Shown in pieces: positions 23,790 through 37,461 of a stretch of DNA of 58,180 nucleotides; position 1 is the first letter of the stretch, and each line of letters opens with the position of its first letter. The translations under genes were made by a program, and so were the position numbers. This DNA is from Octopus sinensis (Eukaryota), in NCBI RefSeq assembly GCF_006345805.1, contig NW_021833101.1, positions 1 through 58,180 of the forward strand. Direction: 5' to 3'. The notes beneath the pieces are model-generated. The model was not told where the DNA came from. It did not search any database and was given only the letters and a program-made list of their open reading frames with translations.

Positions 23790-24530
23790 TAATCTTTTAC
23801 TTGTTTCAGTCATTAGACGGCGGCCATGCTGGGGCACCGTCTTGAAGTGTCTTTTAGTCGAATGAATCGATTCCAGCACTTTTTAAACCTTTGTATTCAT
23901 CCTATCGGTCTCTTTGCCGAACCGCAATGTGACGGAAACGTAAACAAACCAACACTGGCCGCCAAGTTGTGGTGGGAGACAAACACAGACAAACGCACGC
24001 ACACACACACGCACACACACATACATACAATGGGTTTCTTTCAGTTTCCATCTACCAAATCCATCCACAAGGCCTTCGTCCACCCAAGGCTACGGTAGAT
24101 CACACTTGCCCAAGGTGCCACGCAGTGTGGCTGAACCCGGAACCATGGGGAAGCAGACTGTGTGGTAAGTAGCTTGCTTACCAACCACATGGTTCCGGGT
24201 TCAGTCTCACTGCGTGGCACCTTGGGCAAGTATCTTCTACTATAGCCTCGAGCCGACCAAAGCCTTGTGAGTGGATTTGGTAGACGGAAACTGCAAGAAG
24301 CCCGTCGTATGTTTGTGTGTGGGTGTTTGTCCCCCCAACATCGCTTGACAACCGATGCTGGTGTGTTTATGTCCCCGTAATTTAGCGGTTCGGCAAAAGT
24401 GACTGATAGAATAAGTAGTAGGCTTACAAAGAATAAGTCCTAGTGTCGATTTGTTCGACTAAAGGCGGAGCTCCAGCATGGCCACAGTCACATGACTGAA
24501 ACAAGTGAAAGAGTAAAAAAGAGTAAAGAG
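23790..24530. mobile_element. Two SINE family A copies head-to-head
   Basis: Minus copy ~23790-24150, plus copy ~24155-24530 (complete, with AAAGAGTA tail repeats). Confidence 0.9.
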
Positions 24531-25244
24531 TATGTATGTGGATTTTTGGTTGTATTTTGTTATTATTATAACTTCCAGAGTTATTCGTCTCATATTTTGC
24601 GGAATTCTGTATAAAATTGGATAGAAAATCTTTGTTGACGGAACTGTAACTTCGTATTCAATTCCTCAAGAAGGTATATTATTTGTGTAATAACTGTATT
24701 TTAGAAATACCTAAACTTTGCGAAAGGAAAGTTTTAAATTCTCTGCCACTCCTGCACACACACACACATTTATTCAAACAGGATGTGAACGGGATAGTCG
24801 ACAGCTATGTACAAAATAACAACTGAAAGAACCAATGAGTAAGCGATAAACGAATAAATAACTGGCAAAATATAACATTATATATAATATGCATGCGTGT
24901 CTTTGCGTTGTCCTTACTACCGCTTTGTTGTTGGTTTGTTTATGTCCCTAACTTAGCGTTTCGACCAATACCTTATGAGTGAATTTGGTAGACGGAAACT
25001 GTCATATCGCTCATAACTTAGCCGTTCGGGCCCCTCCTCTTCTACCAAACCCCAGACTTACATTCCGGTGTCAATTTGTCATGGCTGTACCCCAGCATGG
25101 CTGCAATTCAGTGACTGAAACAGTTATTAGATAAACAGCTTCAAAAATAATAGGGTGCAGCAAAATAAATGTCGTCAGCCATTTTTCCCGGCGAGCTAAC
25201 AACTCTGCCATCTTGCATTCCTATAATAATAATTATAATAATAA

Positions 25245-25712
25245 TCCTTTCTACTATAGGCATAAGGCCTGAAAATTGGGAAAAGGGAATGGATAGTTGA
25301 TTACCTCGACCCCAGTCTTCAACTGGTACTTATTTTATCGACCCTAAAAGGATGAAAATAAAGTTGACCCCGGCGGAATTTGAACTCAGAACGGAGCGAC
25401 AGGTGAAATACCGCTAAGCATTTCATCCAGTGCCCAAACGATTCTGCCAGCTTGCCTCCTCAAAATTAATAAAAATGATAATAATAATAATAATAATAAT
25501 TTCTTCTCTAGGCACAAGGCCCGAAGTTTTCGGAGGAGGGGATCAGTCGATTAGATCGACCTCAGTACGCAACTGGTACTTATTTTATCGACCCCAAAAG
25601 GATGAAGGGCAAAGTCGGCCTCAGCGGAATTTGGACCCAGAACGTAGCAACAGGTGAAATACTGCTAAGCATTTCGTTTAGCACGCTAACGATTCTGCCA
25701 GCTCGCCGCCTC
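25245..25712 (-). mobile_element. Two tandem SINE family B copies
   Basis: Reverse complement of family B, separated and flanked by (AAT)n. Confidence 0.9.
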
Positions 25713-25755
<43 letters not shown>

Positions 25756-25769
25756 GTTTTCTAGTTGCA

Positions 25770-26120
25770 TATCGACCGCTGCCCTATCTCCCATATCTTC
25801 TGAATAAATATACTTTTTCTATGGCGGCTTTTATGTGGTATTATTCAAACAAGTAGTAATAATTTCTCATTTTTCCTATCAGGCCTTGCTTAATTTTCAT
25901 TGCTTCGAACTGGGAATACTATAACTAACTCATTACTGAAGCAACTAAAATATTAATTCTTATTACGTTAATTTTCCTAATTGGTTTAGGTTCCAAATAT
26001 CCATCTAATGTGTCTAATATTTCTTGCTAATATTTCCATGTATTTCTGTACTGCGTTCTATGAATTGCATTTATTTCCAACTATTTGTAAGTCTACCTCA
26101 TCTTATCTCTGATTCTTCAT
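25770..26120 (-). mobile_element. Highly degenerate RLE-type LINE RT/thumb remnant
   Basis: Broken frames RKINVIRINILVASVMS and KAAIEKVYLFRRYGR*G resemble NKI.AIN..A.PV..YS and HPKA.IERLYLPR..GGRG of R4/HERO-type RTs. Confidence 0.4.
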
Positions 26121-26139
26121 ATAACACGATGTTTATCTT

Positions 26140-26370
26140 CCACTTGTTCCAGTCATTCGTTTGGAGCCATGCTGGGGGTCATCGCCTTGAAGGGTGTTTT
26201 TAGTCGATCACTATACTTCTCTGCTTATTTTGGTTTTAAAGTCTGGCACTTATTCTATCGATTTCATTTACCGATCTGCTAATTTGTAAATAAACCATCA
26301 CAAACACACACATATTTACCTCCTCCATACATATATATATACCCACACACATACATACATGCACCTCTCC

Positions 26371-26429
<59 letters not shown>

Positions 26430-26585
26430 TCCATACACATAAGCGACGGGCTGTCACTCAGTGACTGTCTACCAAACTCACGCATTGATTATTTTGGGAC
26501 AATAAGAGACACTTGCCCAAGGTGCCTCGCAGTGGAATTGAACCTGGAATCACGTGGGTACAAAGTGATTTTCTTAACCACACAA
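26140..26585 (-). mobile_element. SINE family A, degenerate
   Basis: Reverse complement of tail, internal microsatellite and CORE-like segment. Confidence 0.75.
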
Positions 26586-27483
26586 CCCCGTCTACGCCTA
26601 TATTAACTATTACTTTCATCAAATTTTCATTCCAAACATTGGTGCTATTTTTAAAACCGGTTTTCATACTAAATCCTAAGCACACAGCTTTAGGCCATTC
26701 AAGGTTGACTTATCCCGAATCGACTGAATCTGCATCGAGACAAATAAAAGGGTGGAGTAAGATTTAAAATATATTCATTCTTCAAAGAGGAATTGGTTGT
26801 AAGCCAGTTCAAATAAATTGCCGGTGGGTTTGTGGCTTGTTCATTCTGCAAAGCTCTGACATTGGCTTGGAGTTACAGGGGCAGCACAGGGGAGGGCCAT
26901 AAATTCCATCACCAAAACCTCTAGCGATGGGCCACTAGACAGCTTTGGATAAAGAAGACACACCAGTGGTTTGGCGTTACTGGGATGCAAGTTCGGACTT
27001 GATCAACTGGGCAAGCGCACCATATTGTTGAAAGATCCGGAAAACCCTAAGATCTTAGAAATATCATGAGAGAATATCCAGAGCATTTGTGAAATGTAAC
27101 CTGGAGCTAATTGGATCTGGGAAAAATGTATTTCATTTATCTATTTAATGTCGCTGTTTGTTATTAGCAAGTTTTATTACGTTTTAGTGACGGGAAAACG
27201 TAGTATCCGAGACCTCGAGACTGGGAAAGATTTTCATATAGACGGGTGCATATACATAGATACAAGCATAAAGGTGTGAAAACCCCACGTACAGACGCGC
27301 ACATGTACATGACCCTGAAAAAATATATACACACAACAGTCCAGTTGCATTTCTTGTCTCCGTTTTAAGGCATGTATCGATGCACGAATGTGAAAATGAA
27401 TGATTGGGAAAGCACAGTACATGCTATAATGCCTCCCAAATGCCGGTTGACTGCAATGCACTATCATCATCATCATTATTATA

Positions 27484-27534
<51 letters not shown>

Positions 27535-27536
<2 letters not shown>

Positions 27537-28165
27537 GGCGGCGAGCTGGCAGAAACGTTAGCACGCCGGGCGAAATGCGTAGCCGTATTTCGTCTGCCGC
27601 TACGTTCTGAGTTCAAATTCCGCCGAGGTCGACTTTGCCTTTCATCTTTTCGGGGTCGATTAAATAAGTACCAGTTACGCACTGGGGTCGATATAATCGA
27701 CTTAATCCGTTTGTCTGTCCTTGTTTGTCCTCTCTGTGTTTAACCTCTTGTGGGTAGTAAAAAAATAGGTATTTCGTCAGTTTTCGTGTTCTGAGTTCAA
27801 ATTCCGCCGAGGTCGACTCTGTCCTTCGTTATATTGAGGTCGATAAAATAAGTGCCAGTTGAACACTGGGGTAAATGTAATCGTCTCATCATCCCACTCA
27901 AAATGGCTGCCCTTGTGGAAAAATTTGAAATTACTATTATTTTTATTATTAAAGCGGCGATCTGATAGATTCGAAAGCATACCGGGCGAAATGCTTAGCG
28001 GTATTTCGTCTATCGCTACGTTCTGAATTCAAATTCTGCCGTGGTCGACTTTGCCTTTCATCCTTTCGGGGTCGATAAAATAATTACTAGTTAAACACCG
28101 GGGTCGATGTAATCGACTCATTCTCTTCCCCAATATGGCTGCCCTTGTGGAAAAATTTGAAATCA
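27535..28165 (+). mobile_element. Array of three SINE family B copies
   Basis: Heads or B-boxes at ~27536, ~27790 (5'-truncated) and ~27952. Confidence 0.9.
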
Positions 28166-28204
<39 letters not shown>

Positions 28205-28209
<5 letters not shown>

Positions 28210-28563
28210 TAGTCTTATTTTTATCACGTGCTTTCATTGCACTATTGAGCGCAGTTCTGTCTGCCTTGGGTATCTACTGGGGTTTATTGTGATGCTCTTA
28301 TTCTTATTGTATTGAAAGTGTTTTACGTAGGATGTGTGCAGTGCCTGGTAGTGCTATTTTCTGTATGTTATATATATTTGTTAGTCCAGGTGTTTTTGTT
28401 ATGTATTTGAATATTTTATCATACCTAATGCGCCTAATATGATAGGAATTGTTTCTGTTTTTAGATTCCACATTCGAGTTACCTCTATTTCCAGGTCTTT
28501 GTATTTTGAAAGTTTCTCAATTTCTTTTAGAGAAACGTTGTCATCAGTTGGTATTGATACATC
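28205..28563 (-). mobile_element. RLE-type (R4/Dong/HERO-like) LINE 3' end
   Basis: DVSIPTDDNVSLKEIEKLSKYKDLEIEVTRMWNLKTETIPIILGALG..IQKIAL.GTAHILRKTL, the restriction-like endonuclease C-terminus; (AAT)n on both sides. Confidence 0.9.
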
Positions 28564-28572
28564 GTATTATTA

Positions 28573-28603
<31 letters not shown>

Positions 28604-28636
28604 GTTGTTGTTGTTGTTGTTATTATTATTATTATT

Positions 28637-28850
28637 AAGGTGGTGAGCTGGCAGTCGTTAGCACGCCTGGCAAAATGCTTAGCGGTATTTCACCTGTGTT
28701 TACATTTTGAGTTCAAATCCAGCCGATATCAACTTTGCCTTCCAGGTTCCCGAGGTCAATAAAATAAATAATAGCTGATCACTGGAGGGTCAATGCAATC
28801 AGCTTCCCTTTCCCTAAGAATTGCTGGCTTCGTGTCAAATTTTTGAAAGA
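28637..28850 (+). mobile_element. SINE family B, diverged
   Basis: AAGGTGGTGAGCTGGCAG head after (TTA)n, B-box GAGTTCAAATCC. Confidence 0.8.
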
Positions 28851-29360
28851 ATTTTCTTTTGTATTCTCATCACCATTACCAACATTATGAAGACGTTCCG
28901 GAAAATGTAATACAAATCGCCATGTTTGTTTTAGTAATAAAAAAAAAAATGACCAATTTGTTTATAAAAAATAAAACGCAATTTATTGTAATTGTTTTTA
29001 GTATTTTTGTTGTTGCTGTTGTTGTGTTGCTATAGAATCAAATAAAAGATGAAAGTCATATACAGCGACATCTCTTAGAATAACAGTATCAAGCTAATCC
29101 TATGAACACGCCCCCTGGTGTCCATTTATACACTAACACCAATCACATTTGCCATTAGTATCAACGACCATTTACAAATGTCTAGTTTGGCATTTCATTC
29201 TGGCCAGACACGGTTAACAATGTCACAACAATGATGATCATCATCAACGTCATCATCATGTTTATCCTCATCACACTTCATTATACATGTTATCCATTTA
29301 CATATGTGTGTGTGTGTGTGTATAATGCATGTGCGTGCACACACGAGGTTTAAGACTCAC

Positions 29361-29428
<68 letters not shown>

Positions 29429-29872
29429 CATATACATAAGAAATAAAAATGACAAAGCAATAAGAAATGTCATGAATTCCACTGGCTTACAGCTGTTTCT
29501 GCTGAGAGATGCAATGCACTCTCTCTCTCTCTCTCTTTCTCTCTCTCACACATACACACACACACATATATATATATATATATCAAGGTGAACTAGGAAA
29601 CTAATTAGAGTGGAAGGAAAAGGGTTTGCATGTGTGTTAGTTCCAGTTCTTTACGATCTTATTTCAAACCACGCTGAGCTCATCTTTGTCTTTCACCTTT
29701 GCGAGATTGAAAAATAAAGTTCCAATCCTGTACCGTGGTACGTTCTTCTCTTTCTCTTGGCTTTTTCAGGTCTGCAGAAGGATGGGCTCCGTCAGGTTTT
29801 AAAGAAGGCCAAAATATATCGTATATCACAACAGTGCTTCTTGGAACTGATCAAAGATTGAAGTCCTCACGG

Positions 29873-30102
29873 TGGTATGTATTTCTTTATTGCCCACAGG
29901 GGGTTAAACACAGAGGGGACAAACAAAGAGATTAAGTTGATTACATCGACCCCAGTGTGTAACTGATATTTATCTAATCGACCCCGAAAGGATAAAAGGC
30001 AAAGTCGACCTCGGCGGAATTTGAACTCAGAACGTAGCGGCAGACGAAATACCGCTAAGCATTTCGCCCGGCATGCTAACGTTTCTGCCAGCTCATCGCC
30101 TT
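29873..30102 (-). mobile_element. SINE family B, tail type 2
   Basis: Reverse complement of the 10036-10273 type. Confidence 0.9.
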
Positions 30103-30773
30103 CATTTCTGTATAGTTTCTGCCCGGTTTAACATAAAATTTTATTGCATTGAGCTTCCAAACATAATCAACCGCATTCTGCAAACTAGCCAGCCGTGACA
30201 AGCACTGCTTAGTAGGGTGTGTTGAAAGTGCTATTACAGGCTTCTCTCTCAATCTGGAGTAACAAGAGTTGGCTGGTCACATTATTAGATGTATCGTAAC
30301 GGTAAACTAAAACTACAATATTCTCGGACAGTTATAACAGCCTCTCCTAATAGTAGTCTCATAACTTCTGGAATGCCACTCGTATGTTGGGGTCCATTTT
30401 GTTTTGGGGTGTTATACTATGTTACAGATTGAATTATTGTAGTTATCATCAGTAAATATGAGTTATGATGATGACGAGGTTTCAACCATTACGGGCGTAT
30501 TTAGAGACTTTTAAAACCTAGTCGATAACCATGATGAACAGGCGAGGTGCCAGTGTGTCTCCTTACGGCATGCCTGTATCAGCCTGCAAATCATTTGTTT
30601 TCTTACCATTTATCACGTCACAAACTGTTTGGTGTTCGTAGAGAGAAGCACACATACAAACACATACATGCGTATATACATGGACACACATACATATATA
30701 CATGCATGCATGTATACATAGACACACATATACAGATACGCGTGAAGGACGTTAAACAATTAAACCCCATCTC

Positions 30774-30813
<40 letters not shown>

Positions 30814-32794
30814 CACGCATTTACGACGTTGACAAAAATATACATGCATGAGTGTGTGTATCTTGGCGACATTAATGATTGCATTGTTACACGTGTGACT
30901 GCGTATGGTTATATGTGTGTGTACGTATGTATTATATATGTATGTGTGCGTGTGTATGTGTGTATGTATTCATATATGTATGGGTGAATGTATGCGTGTG
31001 TATGCGTACGTATTTATATATGTGTGTGTTTGTGTATGTGTGTATGAATGTATATAGGTATGTGAGTATATGTGTATGTATGGGTGTGTGTATTTGTGTA
31101 TGCTTGTATGTGTGTGTGTATGTATATATGTATGCGTGTATGTATATATATATGTGTGTGTGTGTGTATGTATATATATATATATATGCATGCATGTCTA
31201 TATGTATGTAACCTTTGTGTGCGTGCGTGTATGTATGGCTTATGCATGGGGGAAAGCTTTATATGTGTTTGCGTATATGTGCACTTACTAGGGTGTGGAT
31301 ATATCTCGTGCGTGTGTGTGTGTGAGTATGTATGCTCTATGTGTTTGCGTGTGCTTTGTGTGTGTGTTTATGCATGCATCGTTTGCGTATGTGCGTGTGT
31401 GTATGCTTTTATATGTGTGTCTGTGTGAGTGAGTATAAACGTGTGCGGAATATTCTCCGAAGTTAGGTTTGGTGTGGCTAAGAGGGTTGCTTGTGGTAAT
31501 CGCTTCAGTTATAGTTGCGGCTGTAGTTGTGTCAGTGGTTGTGGCTTTGGCTGTGGTTGCAGTTGTGGTGGTGCTAGTGATGGTGGTATTGGTATGGGTG
31601 CTCATAGTTCTGGTAGTAGTGGTAATAGTGGTTGTAGAAGTAGTAATGGTGGTGGTGGTAGTAGCAGAAATAGAACACAGACACGCGCTTAGAAGTGCAA
31701 CTTATAGAGAGACGGAGGTGAGGAGAGAGAGAGAGAGAGAAAGAATTAGGGGTAAAGTGGTAGAGAGGGGGAAGAGTGGCAGAGGGAAGATGATGGACAA
31801 AGAAAGAGAGAGAGAGGGGTAAAAAAGGGAGAGTTGTAGAAAAAGAGATAACCAATAGATAGATAATTGCACACACACACACACCACACACATATAAATA
31901 TATATATATAGAGAGAGAGAGAGAAAGAAGGAGAGAGGGAGAGAGAGGATGATGAATGAAGAGAAGGAGAGGATGATGAATGAAGAGAAGGAGAGGATGT
32001 TGAATGGAGAGAGGGAGAGAAGGGGTGATGAATGAAGAGAGAGAGAGAGAAGAGAGAGAGAGAAGTTGAGGTAGGCAGAAAGTGCGTTTACGCGCGCGCG
32101 CTTGTATGTATGAGAGGGCGGGTGGGGTGGTGGCGAGAGCTATGAGTAATGAGTAAGTGATTATCATAAATACAAAACTACAACTAATTATCATTCCATA
32201 CACAAAAACTAGGAGCTGACTTCACACCACCACCACTACTACTACTACTGCTACTACAATGTCATAATAATGACCATCACCACCAACAACAACAAGAGTA
32301 GCAAGAAAAGCATCACGTTCGGCATAACCACAACACCAACTGTCACCATTACTCTCTCTCTCTCCCTCTGCACCACCCCTCATAAACAACAATACACTGA
32401 CCACCACCACAACCACCACCATCGCCATAAACGTCATCACCGCCACCGCACCAATTACGTACTGTTAACACCACTACCATCATAACATTACCGCCACCAC
32501 CATCGCCACAAAAAGTCACTACTATCACCACCACCACTACTACTACCACCACCACCTTTTCTGCTACTACTACTACTACTGCTGCCGCCTCCACCGTCAC
32601 CATGACTTGCATCAACAATCTCAACTGTTACAACAGCAACAATTGCACTTGAGCCATCACTAGCGCCATCTTTCAGCCATTTATCACACTAGTACCATCA
32701 TCTCCACCACCCACCAACCCACCCACTCAATGTCTTCATCTCTCCCCCTCCACCTCCCCGATGACCTCTAACCTCTCCGTCTGCAACATTGGTG

Positions 32795-32960
32795 CAGACA
32801 TGGTTGTGTGGTAAAAAGTTTGCTTCCCAACCGCACGGTTCCGGGTTCAGTCCAACTGCGTAGCACCTTGGGCTGGGCAAGTGTTTTCTACCATAGCATC
32901 GGGCCGAGCAAAGCCTTGTGAGTGGATTTGGTAGACGGAAACTGAAAGAAGCCCGTCGTA
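32795..32960 (+). mobile_element. SINE family A, 5' half
   Basis: Head GGTTGTGTGGTAAAAAGTTTGCTTCCCAACC..GTTCCGGGTTCAGTCC and CORE-like segment. Confidence 0.85.
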
Positions 32961-33000
32961 TAATATATATAATGTATATAATATATATATCATATATATC

Positions 33001-33057
<57 letters not shown>

Positions 33058-33356
33058 GCAAGCAGAGTTAGCGGTTGTAGTAACCGACTAAGGGATAATA
33101 GTGTCCGTATTTACTATCGATATCAGTTACCAGTGCTATCCTTGGGCATGGGTATGCAGGTACACTATGTTCATAGAGTACAAGTAACAACAGAATAAGC
33201 AAAAATGTATCAGGAGTCGAATTTGAATAATCAGAAGATGGAGAAAACTTTTGATCAACAAGCAAACAAGTTGAACCACGTTTTATATTAAAGAATAGTC
33301 AACCGATGTGGTTCAGTTTGTTGATCAAAACAATTCATTTTCTGATTACTTAAACC

Positions 33357-33416
<60 letters not shown>

Positions 33417-34447
33417 TGAAGCGTTAATTCCAACACATTTTCTCCATTCTCCCCTCCCCTTTCTCTCTCCATTCCCCCCTCTCAGTCCTTTCTGTCGTTG
33501 AACGTAGGCTCGAAACGTCAAAGACTTTTACATTCTTCCTGAGCGTCAAACTTACATCAGCTTTGTGTTTTGTTTTCTGTAAATCTGAACTGTGTGTGTT
33601 TGTCTACTACCACCGCTTGAGAATCGGTATTGGTGCGTTTACGTCCCTGTACATTAAAGGAAACTGAAAGAAGCCTGTCATATATATATATATATATATA
33701 TATAGATATGTGTGTGTGTGTGTGTATGTGAGTACGTGTGTGTGACATTTTGCTAGTATATGTCTCCACCACCGCTTGACAATTAGGTACCCAGCCCACT
33801 ATTTGGTGCCTTGGATGTCGTTAGAAGAGGCCATCCTGTTGCACACATCTATACCAGATCTCCGATTTCGGGATACAACTCTCTTTCCTTCCCACCAGTC
33901 CCAGAAACCCTACATAAAGCGCCACGGCTATAGCCCTTCCTTCCTTCCTTCCTTCCTTCATGTGAACTGAAGTAGCTGCTAAAAGGATTCGAAAAAAAAA
34001 CCCAGTTTCCAAGACCTTATTCGCAGAAGAACTCCCACCCGCCAACCGAACAAACTTATCTTCACATTGGTGCCCTGCTCTAAAGAAAGAATGGTTTATA
34101 ACGATAAAGTTGAGATTCAAAAGTCTGCGAGACTTTGGTATTATTTTACGAATGTTAGGCCGAAGTAATTCCAGGATTATTGGAATGGCAAGTTGCTGAC
34201 TCTCATTTAATACCATTCTTAATGTGGAATCAATTGTGTTTTAAGTACTGGATGCACGTTACGGCATAAAGTCGATGGACGTTCCTTCTTCTTTTCCTTC
34301 CTCTCTGGCACATTCTCTTTGCTTCTCTCCTCGCGCTCTTTTGCTAAGAAATTTCATACTTTTCTCTCTTTCTTTCTATCTATCTAACAATGGAACTACT
34401 GACCTACATAACTAGCGACCAGTACACATACACACGTGTGTATGTAT

Positions 34448-34511
<64 letters not shown>

Positions 34512-35419
34512 ACAATCATGTATGCATGCATTCTTACCTTTGTATCTCTCTCGCAATATATATATATATATCTTTCTCTTTACTCCTCTCTCTACTTCTC
34601 TCTCTACCCGTCTCTCCACTTCTTTCGCTATGTGTCGATCTCATTCTACTCTCTCTGTCTCTCTCTCCTTTTCCCCTCTCCCCATCTCTCCACCTCTCTC
34701 TCTATGTGTCAATCTCACTCTACCTCTCTCTCTCTCTACTTTTCCCTCTCTCCGTCTCCCCACCTCTCTCGCTTTGTGCCGACCTCTTATTCTACCTCTT
34801 TCTCTCTACGTTTCCCTCTCCCCGTCTCTCTACCTCTCTTGCCATGTGTCGACCTCTCACTCAACCTCTTTCTCTCTGTCTGCCTACCTCTCTCACTCCA
34901 AACTTCACTATTCCCTTCCGTTTTCTTCCTTCCTTTCTCTCGTACCTCACTCTCTCCTCTACCTTTCACTCCTTCAACCATCTTATAATTCCTCTTTCCT
35001 CCCACTCTTCTTCCCACCGCCTTTGTCTCCTCATTCCGTTCCGTTTTCCTGTCTTCTATTCGTTCTTAACTTGTCATTATATTTATATTTATCGAATCAG
35101 AAAAATCTTATCATCGGATCTCGATGAGTGCCAAAAGATTACCAACAGATTAAAATAAAACCTTTAAAACCAAGCGAAACGGGATGTGGAGGTGGGGTGG
35201 TAGCGGCAGGCAGCGGAGACGGAAGAAGAAAAGGATGAAGAAGACGATGAAGAAAAACAATGAAAATGGGGATGAATTAGAATGAGAGAAAGAATAGCAA
35301 AAATGTGAAGAAAAAGAAGGAAACGGACAAGAGAAGGAACGAGATGAAGAAGAGCAACAGAAAGAACAAGAAGAATTCTTAGAATAGTGATAACCATAGG
35401 AGCATCAATAATTCTTTCT

Positions 35420-35600
35420 GCCTTAGGGACAAAACCTGGATTTTTTGTGGGGGTGGGTAGAGAGGTAAGTCAATTTCATCGACCCCAGCGTGAAACTGGT
35501 ACTTATTTTACCGGCCCTGAAAAGATGAAAGGCTAAGTCGACCTCGGCGGAATTTGAACTCAGAATGCGAGGATGGACGAAATGCCGCTAAGCGTTTTAA
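35420..35600 (-). mobile_element. SINE family B, 5'-truncated
   Basis: Reverse complement of the Meta-like domain and B-box. Confidence 0.8.
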
Positions 35601-36126
35601 GAAGCGGAAGGAGACGAGATAGAAAAAAGAAGAAGAAGAAGAAGAATGAAGACAAAAAGAAACAAATGAAAAAGACAGGAAAACAATGACAATCGTAGCG
35701 TAAAGCAAGAATTATCCAGGAAGACGTATGTTAATCCAGTTCTTCCACTCACCCTGTAAATTCTTGCAGTTTACGTGTTGAAGAGAGATTAGGATAGACT
35801 AAAATCTAAAATGTGTGGATAAAGACGGATTATAGAAAAGCTGTTTTTGAGGGTCTCTGTCCGCCTCGCACCATCCCCCCTCCACCACGTGATCTAAGGC
35901 GTGGCATAGCGGTCATTTTGAAAGCGGAGATGATGTTAATCATTTTGGAGATTATGTTGCATGAATAGAATAGGGAGATGATGGGAATGAGGGGGGAAGG
36001 AGATGTGTTGAAGAAGGAAGGAAGGTGAAGAAAGTGCGGTTGAAGTAGGAGGAAGTGTGGAGAAAGGAGGAGAGTTAAGAGGTGGAACAAACCATTTCTT
36101 GTTGCTGAGGTAGCAAGAAATCATAT

Positions 36127-36560
36127 CTTTTAACTCTTGTTTCAGTCATTAGATTGCGGCCAGACTGGAGCATGGTCATGAAGAGTATTTTTAGTCGAAC
36201 AAACTGACCCTTCCCCACCGCCTCACTAGTTATTTCTTTAAACCTGATACTTATTCTATTGGTTCTTTTTGCCGAACAGCTAAGTTACGGAGGACGTAAA
36301 CAAATCAACACCGGTTTTCGAGCAGTGGTGGGGACAAGATCACACACACATACATCTTTTATCATTTACTTGTATCAGTCATTAGACTGCGGCCATGCTG
36401 GGGCAGCGCTTTGAAGAATTTTAGCTGAGTGAATAAACCAAAGAACTTCTTTTCTTTTCTTTTTCAGCTGGGTACTTATTCTATCAGTCTCTTTTACTGA
36501 ACCGCTAGGGTATGGATTCGTAAACACACCAGCATTGGTGTCCAAACAATGGTGGAGCAG
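36127..36560 (-). mobile_element. Two tandem SINE family A 3' halves
   Basis: TTGT.TCAGTCATTAGA.TGCGGCCA at ~36137 and ~36370. Confidence 0.85.
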
Positions 36561-36579
36561 AATCACCGACTCACACACC

Positions 36580-36695
36580 CACACTTGTATGTATACAGAT
36601 ATATATATATATATATATATACAACACACACACATATATGTGCATATATATGCATATACACATATATATATACGTATATATATACAAATTCATTC

Positions 36696-36736
<41 letters not shown>

Positions 36737-37427
36737 CAAATACATTCATATACATATATACATATATATATATATACAAATACATTCATATACATATATA
36801 CATATATATATATAATATAAATACATTCATATACATATATACATTTATATATATATATAATACAATAAATTCATACACATATATTACATATACATATATA
36901 TATAACAAATTCATTCATTATATATATATCTACATATAATATAATATATTATATACAAATACATTCATATACACATATATATACATACATATATATACAC
37001 ACACACACATATATACATATATACACATATACATACATGCATGTATATACACACATATATATATACATATACACACATATACATATATACATACATATAC
37101 ACATATATATATGTATATATACATTACATATATATATACATGTATATTACATATATATACATATATATTACATATATATATATACATATATATATAAACA
37201 TATATATATACATATATATATACATATAATATTACATATATATATACATATATATATTACATATATATATACATATATATATTACATATATATATACATA
37301 TATATATCACATATATATTACATATATATATACATATATATATCACATATATATATACATGTATATATCACATATATATATTACATATATATATACATAT
37401 ATATATATATCTATATATATATATATA

Positions 37428-37461
<34 letters not shown>

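Noticed and set aside
29770-29873. Plus-strand exon after a strong pyrimidine tract and CAG
   Set aside because: The apparent donor lies in a SINE tail and the peptide is unrecognised; not enough support
33821-34216. 131-aa ORF in non-repetitive sequence
   Set aside because: No recognisable motif, it crosses a (CCTT)n run, and no splice context is convincing
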